Positions 57,321 to 64,000 of a DNA stretch of 64,000 nt are shown in pieces. The stretch's first letter is position 1. Each line of letters opens with the position of its first letter. Position numbers and translations under genes: made by a program. The notes below the pieces were generated by a model. That model saw nothing but the letters and a program-made list of their open reading frames with translations, was not told where the DNA came from and did no database searches. The stretch is from Longimicrobiales bacterium (lineage in GTDB: Bacteria; Gemmatimonadota; Gemmatimonadetes; Longimicrobiales; Gaopeijiaceae), in the NCBI GenBank assembly GCA_965219445.1, contig CBDCNQ010000004.1, positions 448,001-512,000 of the forward strand, written 5' to 3'.

Positions 57321-57527
57321 TTACAGGATGATCGCCAGTGGCACCAGGAATACGTAACCCAGAACGAGTAGGATCGGAGCCCACGTGATGGAGCCTATAG
57401 AGAGAAGCCAGTAGCCGAGCGCAATGGTCACGAGGGCTCCGGCCGCGAACGCGAGGTTGATCCTCGAGAACTGTAGCGACGCCTTACCCGCCCCAACCGC
57501 ATCGCCGCGTTCTTTTTTCTTGCTCAT
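57321..57527 (-). CDS. DUF3098-like small membrane protein
   Basis: F...N......G...IALGY.LL..GSIT.APILLVLGY..LVPLAI pattern. Confidence 0.7.
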   Translation of the reverse strand: MSKKKERGDAVGAGKASLQFSRINLAFAAGALVTIALGYWLLSIGSITWAPILLVLGYVFLVPLAIIL

Positions 57528-57581
57528 GGCCCAGATCCTATTTCAGGGGACCTACTCAGGATAAACGACCGAGCCCGGACC

Positions 57582-58949
57582 TCACAGGCCGAGCCGCTCC
57601 ACGTACCGGGTGAGCCGGGACCGAGAGATCCCGAGAAGCGAGGCGGCTTCCGTCTTGTTTCCGTCCGTTTGCTCCAGGACACGCCGGATTTGGCCCTCGA
57701 TCGCTGCGTCCAGCGTCAGATCGCCCTCAGGCACGCGACCCGAGCCCTTCGGCGACACACTCACGTCGGCATGGATCCCGAGCGTGAGATGGTCCGGACC
57801 CACCAACGGCCCCCTCGCCACGATGGCGGCACGGGTCAACGCGTTTTCGAGTTCGCGCACGTTACCGGGCCAATCGTACTCCTCAATACGGGCCATCGCA
57901 TCGTCCGAGATCGCCCCACCGTGGCTCCCGTCTCACGGCGGATGCGCCCGAGAAGATGCTGCGCGAGAAGAGGGATGTCCGCCTTCCTATCACGCAGGCT
58001 CGGGACGTAGATCTCCACGACCCGCAGACGGAAGTAGAGATCCTCACGGAACCCGCCCTCGGACACCAACTCTTCCATGGGCTGATGCGTGGCAGCCACG
58101 ACACGCGCCTCGGTCGTCTTGGGCTGTTCACCGCCAACCGGATTGCCGTTCCTGAAGCACCCGAAGGAGCTTGGACTGAAAGTCCGGGGACGTGTCCCCG
58201 ATCTCGTCGAGGAAGATCGTGCCCCGCCCCGCGAGTTCGAAATACCCCTTTTTCCCTCCTACTGCGCCGGTGAACGCCCCACGTACATGTCCAAAGAGCT
58301 CCGATTCCAGCAGCGTATCGGTGAGCGCGGTACAGTTGACCGCGATAAACGGCTCATCCGAGTGAATCGAGTGGTCGTGCACGGCCCGGGCGATCATCTC
58401 CTTGCCCGTGCCCGTCTCTCCTCTCACCAGGACGGTAGCCCGATTCCGGGAAAGCACTCCGATCATCTTGTAGATCTCGATCATCCGGGGATCCCGGCCA
58501 ACCACTTTTCTGGCCCCCGCGTCGGACTCGGCGCCGTCTGGCTCTTCGCCCTCTGCCTCCCGCTGCTCCACGGCGGCTCGATTGACCTCCTGATCGCTCA
58601 GACAACGATCCACGACCGCCTCTAGTTCTTTGAGCCCCACGGGCTTCACGAGGTAGTCGAAGGCGCCGGACTTCATGGCCTCCACGGCGGACGTCATCGT
58701 GTCGTGTCCCGTCATGACGATCACGTCGACGTACTCCATGGACTCCCGGATTCGGCTCAAGAGCTCGAGCCCCGTCATCTCAGCCATGCGTACATCGGTG
58801 ACGACCAGAGCCGGATCGAAGGCGCTGACCTTGGCGAGGGCGACCTCCGCGCTGTCCGCTTCGTCAATCTCGTGACCCGAATATTCGAGCTTCTCTCGAA
58901 AAAGGGATCGGAGGTCGGCGTCGTCGTCGACCAGAAGAATGCGAGACAC
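57582..58949 (-). pseudogene. Sigma54-dependent response regulator (NtrC/AtoC-like: REC-AAA+-Fis HTH), interrupted by two frameshifts
   Basis: ILLVDDD and VTDVRM receiver; GETGTGKE, ESELFGH..GAFTGA, FLDEIGD; FREDLYFRL in a second frame; WPGNVRELEN and GNKTEAA.LLGISR in a third segment. Breaks near 58142 and 57914-57917. Confidence 0.88.
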
Positions 58950-58982
58950 GTTGGATCCTTTCTAGGAGCGCGTTGCCAACTC

Positions 58983-60020
58983 TTACTCCACCCCGTCCGG
59001 GTCGGGTCCAGCATCACGATCCTGTAAACCTTCATGGGTCAGCCAGAAGCTGGGCCGATCCGGGATATCCACCGCTCTGAGTCGGGCCATCCGCTCCCGC
59101 CCTACCCTCCTCCGAACCCCCACCATGGCAACGAGCAGCAGGCTCAGAAACATCCAAAAGACCGCCGAATGGGAGAGGACGAAGAGCCACCCGTAGCGCT
59201 CTTCAACGTAGCGCCGCCAGTCCTCCTCGAATTGGCCGGTCGTGGTTCCGAACGTGGCTCGAAAGGCCCGCTCGAAGTTTCCATCGTCCTTCCACCGTCG
59301 GAGCAGCACCTCTAGCGCCCGCGGCCCACCTTCCACCACCAAGTATTCCACGGTGGTGGCCGACAGAAGATACGCGATGCGAGCCCTGGACTCATCCCTC
59401 GGCCACGAAAAAGTGAGGGAGTCGAGCGGGCTGCCCCCTCGGGCCAACGCGATCCGAAGTTTCCAGCCCTCGCTCCAGTCCCAGCCGCCGCTCGCCCACT
59501 GAGCGTATCCCTCGGAGAACCAACGGGGCAAGCGGAGTCCCTCCAAGTATTGATGTAGGCCTATGTGCGCCCATTCATGCCGCAGGGTACGGGCGTCACT
59601 CCAGCCCGCGCCCCGCTCCGATGCGAACGCCGGAACGACAATCGTCGACTGGACTGGCAACGCCACACCGGCGCCCCAGTCCGGGGCCGCTCCCCCGGTG
59701 AGGCGAACGAACTGGTCTTCGTCCGGGGCTAGCACGAGAAGGACGCCGCTCGGTACCCCCGGGGGCAGACCTGGTAGTGGGGCCGCGCCATCTAAAGTGC
59801 GGAGCACTCGGACAGCCTTGACCGAATCGGCGGAAACGAAAGCGACGGTGGCCCGCGCCCCGGCCAGGTACCGGCCGTCCGGAAGCCTCAGCCCGGCGTC
59901 GTCCTGCCACCGCACGTCCGCGGCGGCCGCGTCCTGCACGTCAGGGCTCTGCCTACTCCCGTCCAGTCCGACCGTATCCTGCCCGATCGCGAGAATCAGG
60001 GCCAGGACGGTCGGAATCAC
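58983..60020 (-). CDS. Peptidase MA-like (HEXXH) exported protein with a C-terminal membrane anchor
   Basis: PDWGAGVA, LRHEWAH, PRWFSEGYA; signal peptide; TM near the C-terminus. GTGA overlap with the upstream gene. Confidence 0.8.
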   Translation of the reverse strand: MIPTVLALILAIGQDTVGLDGSRQSPDVQDAAAADVRWQDDAGLRLPDGRYLAGARATVAFVSADSVKAVRVLRTLDGAAPLPGLPPGVPSGVLLVLAPDEDQFVRLTGGAAPDWGAGVALPVQSTIVVPAFASERGAGWSDARTLRHEWAHIGLHQYLEGLRLPRWFSEGYAQWASGGWDWSEGWKLRIALARGGSPLDSLTFSWPRDESRARIAYLLSATTVEYLVVEGGPRALEVLLRRWKDDGNFERAFRATFGTTTGQFEEDWRRYVEERYGWLFVLSHSAVFWMFLSLLLVAMVGVRRRVGRERMARLRAVDIPDRPSFWLTHEGLQDRDAGPDPDGVE

Positions 60021-61630
60021 GTCCCCGCCGCGGCTCCGAGTTGGTCGATCTTCGTCCGGAGAGAGGAGTTATCGGGGTTCAATTCCAGGGCTCGACGCCA
60101 CAGCACGGCAGCTTCCTCGGTGTTGGAGTTCTCGAGTTCGATGGCGCCGAGCTTGATCAAGACATCCTCCCCTAGGCGGGGTTCCCACCTCAGGGCCGAC
60201 TCATAGTGTTGCTTGGCCTGAGCCTTGTCTCCGTGGCCCAGGGCTTGGTCCCCGAGGGCCTTGAAGGCCTGGGGAGGAGGAGAATCGGCCTGGATGGCCC
60301 TCTCGTAATAAGCCTTCGCGATCTCGCCGTCCCCCCGATGCTCCAGAACGGCTCCGGTATTCACGAGGATCGCCCCCTCATCCGGATATTGCTTGAGTCC
60401 CTCTTCACCGATCTTCAAGGCGCCACCCATGTCCCCCGCGAGTCCCGCAGCAATAACGCAAAAAGCGTAGAACATTGGCGGCGGCTTCTCCGATCCGAGC
60501 TGATCGCGGTAGGCCTTGAGTGAGCCCATCGCGGCGGCGGCGTCTCCCGATTTCATTTGGACGATGCCTCGCGCAAGGGCTAGACCGGCGTCGCTCCCAT
60601 CGAGCTTCTCCGCCGCATCCAGGGTTGAGAGCGCCTCGGCGTACCTGCCCAGCCGTTCGTACGTGAAGGCACGATTCCGGAGCAGGCCGTACGAAGGCTT
60701 CGCGTCCTCGCCGATCCCGTCGAAGTGAAGGAGAGCCTCCTGCGCCTTGCCCTGTCTCAGACTGATGAGCGCCAGGTGGGCCCGTGCGGCCGTGTGCGTC
60801 GGGTCAGCCTCGAGGACCTTTCGGAACTCACGGGTCGCTTCTTCCATCGACCCGGACTGATATGCGACCAGTCCCGGCCCGAAGTGTTCCTCCACGGATC
60901 CCTTGGCCTCGTCCTCGCGTACGCGCTTACCGACCTGGACCGCAAACCCGGCTTGGATCAAGCCGTACAACGCTTTTCCAGTGTCGAACTCGGCGAGTCC
61001 GGACTCCACGACTAAATCTGTGACCGAACGCTCTCCGTCTATCATAGGGATGATCCGCCTCTGGTCGTCCGTGAGGTCGAGGCCTTCATCCTCGAGGGGA
61101 TTCCGTTCCAACGAGAAGATGAGATCCATGGACGTGATCTTCTTTTCGACCACACTCCACTCGTCCACCCGGCGCGCTCCCTCCATAAGGAGGGCATCGA
61201 TGCTGATCGACACGCGAAATACGCCCTCTTCGGGCATAACGTCCGGCTCGAACTCGAACGTCCCTTCACTCCATTGAAAGATCATGTAGACGGCCTCATG
61301 GATCTGCACGGAGATGTACTCCTCCAGCGTCTCCTGAGTCAGGCTACCCAGCTCGACGAGCACCTCACCCAATCTGGTTCCGGTGACTTTGTGCTGCGCC
61401 ATCGCCACCTCGAGTTGAGCCTTGTCGATGACTTCGTGCGTGACTAGAAGATCTCCGAGCCGGTCCGGCCGGTTCTTGACGGAGGCGAAGATTACGTTTC
61501 CGCCCTCGAAGTAGACGTAGCCCTCGTTCTGCTTGTGCGTGAGACTCAGGCAGCCGGTCTTCCCGCCCATCCCGAGGAGTTGGGAGATGTCGGCGAGACT
61601 GACGTCGGTGAGTGCGCCTTTGATTGCCAT
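60017..61630 (-). CDS. DUF4388 (PatA-N-like) domain protein with TPR repeats
   Basis: MAIKGALTDVSLADISQLL..GGKTGCL, RLGDLL/RLGEVL repeats, W.EGTFEF, LLMEGARRVDEW, IDG.RSV; multiple TPRs follow. Confidence 0.85.
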   Translation of the reverse strand: MAIKGALTDVSLADISQLLGMGGKTGCLSLTHKQNEGYVYFEGGNVIFASVKNRPDRLGDLLVTHEVIDKAQLEVAMAQHKVTGTRLGEVLVELGSLTQETLEEYISVQIHEAVYMIFQWSEGTFEFEPDVMPEEGVFRVSISIDALLMEGARRVDEWSVVEKKITSMDLIFSLERNPLEDEGLDLTDDQRRIIPMIDGERSVTDLVVESGLAEFDTGKALYGLIQAGFAVQVGKRVREDEAKGSVEEHFGPGLVAYQSGSMEEATREFRKVLEADPTHTAARAHLALISLRQGKAQEALLHFDGIGEDAKPSYGLLRNRAFTYERLGRYAEALSTLDAAEKLDGSDAGLALARGIVQMKSGDAAAAMGSLKAYRDQLGSEKPPPMFYAFCVIAAGLAGDMGGALKIGEEGLKQYPDEGAILVNTGAVLEHRGDGEIAKAYYERAIQADSPPPQAFKALGDQALGHGDKAQAKQHYESALRWEPRLGEDVLIKLGAIELENSNTEEAAVLWRRALELNPDNSSLRTKIDQLGAAAGT

Positions 61631-61642
61631 ACCGTGCTATGC

Positions 61643-63637
61643 CTACTCCGTCAATTCGACAATGCGTTCATCAACTGCCGTCCAGTCCCACACCACGTTT
61701 TCCTTTGACGGGTTCCAAACCGAGGCCGTCGCGACCGGGTCCCCCACCTCGGCTCGAGCCGCTTCCGGTGGATCCACTGGTTCTGGGGTTTTCTCCTTCT
61801 CTGCCGGTGTTTCGGCGGCGGCGGGTGCGGTTACCGATTTGTCCGCGGCGGGCGTCAGGACAGGACCATCACCGACCTCGACCTCTTCCTCCGGAGGAAG
61901 AGCGCTTTCGGCCACCTTGGGCCGCATGAATCCAGCCCAGAGATCGTCGTCTTGGATATACTCGGGTGGCGCCTTTTCCAGATTCAACACTCCCGCACCT
62001 TGGGGCAGACCCCGGCCGGGCGCCTCCACCACGAGGCCCATCTCGAAGCGAGTCCGCAGCCTGTCGTCAATGTCTTCAATCCCGGAGGGCGCCCGGTCTG
62101 CCGCGATCATTATCTTCGTGCCGGTGCGCTTCGATGCCTCGAAAAGGTGGAAGAACTCGTCCTTAGCGCGCTCGGTCCCAGAAATCAGTTCGGCGTGGTA
62201 AAGGATCAAGAGGTCCACATCCCACCAGCGTTCCCGCCAGGCCCCAGCCACACCCTCCGACAAAGCCCGAATGTAATCCTCCGCGAATTCCGCAGCCGAA
62301 ATGACGGCGATGTTCGCAAGCTTATGCCCTTCTCGAAAGGATCGTGCTGTCGCCGCCAGCAGCGCCAACGGACCTGTACGATTCCCACTCCATACGTACA
62401 GGGGATTGTACTCCGGACGTTCCTCGGTGATGAGCTTACCGGCTGCCCTGATTACGACTGGCTCGAAGTTGGACTCGAGATCGGCCAGGAGAGGACCCTC
62501 TCCCAAGCGCGAGAAAGGCCGCACTCGCTCCAAAGCCGAAGCGAGCAGCGAATTCGCCTCATCCAAGCGCTCGGGATCCTTGAGCACACCGACAGCGGCC
62601 TCCGGCCAGGGATTACCGGCGGTGGCCAGGGACTTTTCCACCTGACGGAGGCGGGCGATGTCTCTGCGGAATTGGTCCGCCACTTCCTGGGGGTCCTCGG
62701 GAGCCGTGTCGGTTTCGAGGATTCGGCGCAAGCGTGTACCCGAGAATCCTTCCTTCTCAAACATCTCCGCCGTCTCCCGGAGCAGCCTTCTCCAGGGCTC
62801 CTCCTCCCTCTCCACCTTGTGCGTCACCGAGTGGGAAAGCTCCTCCATGAACGAGCCGAACTCATCGAGGAGCTGCTGGCCAGCGATCGATCCTTCGGCC
62901 GGCACCTCTTCCGGTTCCTCAAGGCCCGCCAACTCTTCGATCTCGTCCTCCGCGACCTGGCGGCCTTCCAGTTCCTGGATGGCGAGAATCTTGTTGAGCG
63001 CGCCCCCCAGTTGGCGGACGCTGCCGAAGGGGTGCTTCGCGAGCGCCTCGGCCACGCCCGGCTCTAACGTCTGGTCCCGCTCCTCGGCCTTCTTACGGAG
63101 GATGGCCACCTTGGTCTCATACTCCGGCACGCCGATGTCGACGATCAACCCACCCGAGAACCGAGTGAGCAAGCGCTTGTCCAGCCCGTCGATCTCGGCG
63201 GGCGGGCGGTCACTGGCGAGGACGACCTGACCCCCGGACTTGCTCATTCCATCCAGAAGCCTGAGCAGCATCTCCTGCGCTTCGTTCTGCCCGGTAAAGA
63301 ACTGGACGTCGTCAAGGAGGAGGATATGGAGTTCTTCGTACCGCTGTCGGAGCTCATCCTCAGACCCGGCCTGGACGGCCTGCGTGAGTTCGTTGAGGAA
63401 GCTCTCGACCGTCACGTAAACGGCCCCAAAACCGGGATGTACACGGGCCGAATAGTGCGCGATACCATTGAGGATGTGAGACTTCCCCAGGCCCGATGAA
63501 GAATAGATGAAGAGAGGGTTATAGGAAGTGCCGGGCGCGTCGGCCACGCGCCGTGCCGCCGCCGCCGCGAGCCGGTTCTCGGGCCCCACGATGAACGAAT
63601 CGAACGTAAATCTCGGATCCAGGTCCGTGGCTACCAC
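61643..63637 (-). CDS. DnaA/Hda-family protein with two tandem DnaA-type AAA+ modules and no DNA-binding domain IV
   Basis: Module 1: FTFDSFIVG..N, YNPLFIYSSSGLGKSHIL, LLLDDVQF, SDRPP, RLLTRFSGGL, SVRQL.GAL. Module 2: YNPLYVW, DEFFHLF, ADRAP, RLRTRFEMGL with degenerate Walker A and B. Confidence 0.85.
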   Translation of the reverse strand: MVATDLDPRFTFDSFIVGPENRLAAAAARRVADAPGTSYNPLFIYSSSGLGKSHILNGIAHYSARVHPGFGAVYVTVESFLNELTQAVQAGSEDELRQRYEELHILLLDDVQFFTGQNEAQEMLLRLLDGMSKSGGQVVLASDRPPAEIDGLDKRLLTRFSGGLIVDIGVPEYETKVAILRKKAEERDQTLEPGVAEALAKHPFGSVRQLGGALNKILAIQELEGRQVAEDEIEELAGLEEPEEVPAEGSIAGQQLLDEFGSFMEELSHSVTHKVEREEEPWRRLLRETAEMFEKEGFSGTRLRRILETDTAPEDPQEVADQFRRDIARLRQVEKSLATAGNPWPEAAVGVLKDPERLDEANSLLASALERVRPFSRLGEGPLLADLESNFEPVVIRAAGKLITEERPEYNPLYVWSGNRTGPLALLAATARSFREGHKLANIAVISAAEFAEDYIRALSEGVAGAWRERWWDVDLLILYHAELISGTERAKDEFFHLFEASKRTGTKIMIAADRAPSGIEDIDDRLRTRFEMGLVVEAPGRGLPQGAGVLNLEKAPPEYIQDDDLWAGFMRPKVAESALPPEEEVEVGDGPVLTPAADKSVTAPAAAETPAEKEKTPEPVDPPEAARAEVGDPVATASVWNPSKENVVWDWTAVDERIVELTE

Positions 63638-63656
63638 AGCTCTACCTCAACCTCCG

Positions 63657-64000
63657 TCACTTTACTCCTTCGTTTCGTGCCCACTCGGCGCACGCTTGTA
63701 GGTCCTCCGGGAGAGGCCGCTCGAATCGCATCGCCTCGCCACTCACCGGATGGGCGAAGGAGAGCCTCCACGAGTGGAGGAACTGCCGCTCCACTTTTTG
63801 GCGCAGCGTTTTCGCCCAATTCTGGGCTTTGCCGCCGATCCCGCGCTCCCAGCCCGCGCCATACACGGCGTCCCCGACCACCGGATGTCCGATATGCGCC
63901 AGGTGGACCCGAATCTGATGGGTCCGCCCCGTGCCCAGCGCTACACGTAACAATTCGGCGCCGAGCCAACGCTCCACGACGCGAAGGCGTGTCACGGCGG
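63657..64000 (-). CDS. RluA-family pseudouridine synthase (RluD-like), 5'-truncated by the window edge
   Basis: LGTGRTHQIRVHLAHIGHPVVGD.VYG, RQFLH...L.F.HP. Confidence 0.9.
   Translation of the reverse strand, partial: AVTRLRVVERWLGAELLRVALGTGRTHQIRVHLAHIGHPVVGDAVYGAGWERGIGGKAQNWAKTLRQKVERQFLHSWRLSFAHPVSGEAMRFERPLPEDLQACAEWARNEGVK

Noticed and set aside
61643..63637. Chromosomal dnaA and nearby oriC
   Set aside because: No domain I or IV, no dnaN or rpmH neighbours, and no intergenic DnaA-box cluster (flanking gaps are under 20 bp).

Overview
GC-rich bacterial chromosomal window; gene content and order suggest a Gemmatimonadota-like organism (inference). Left part, 1-9.2 kb: comEC (partial), lapA-like, miaB, mtaB, an outer-membrane barrel/lipoprotein pair, alr and mazG. 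9.7-15.2 kb is a small accessory patch: PQQ dehydrogenase, FGE-fold protein, RnfD/UnbU-like membrane protein and an IS91-like transposase remnant. 15.3-39.2 kb is a long minus-strand run: the dcw cluster (mraZ-rsmH-ftsL-ftsI-murE-murF-mraY-murD-ftsW-murG::murC-ftsQ-ftsA-ftsZ, with murG and murC in one 857-aa ORF and no murB or ddl), then an M23 peptidase, a vWA membrane protein, ftsY, recG and asnS. 39.5-48.4 kb holds a TPR protein, glpQ-like gene, frameshifted glpD, an orphan FbpC-like ABC ATPase behind a Fur-like box, a PAS histidine kinase and an OM beta-barrel. 48.4-57.3 kb is a decayed accessory region: a complete class IIC group II intron, a probable island remnant at tRNA-Val(TAC), and a mazEF-like pair broken by an internal deletion. 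The right end carries the most novel-looking unit: a tandem DnaA-AAA+ protein with no DNA-binding domain, a DUF4388-TPR protein, a HEXXH peptidase-like membrane protein and a frameshifted sigma54 response regulator, downstream of an RluA-family gene. No CRISPR array or rRNA was seen. All protein calls come from motif recognition by eye; no database search was run.
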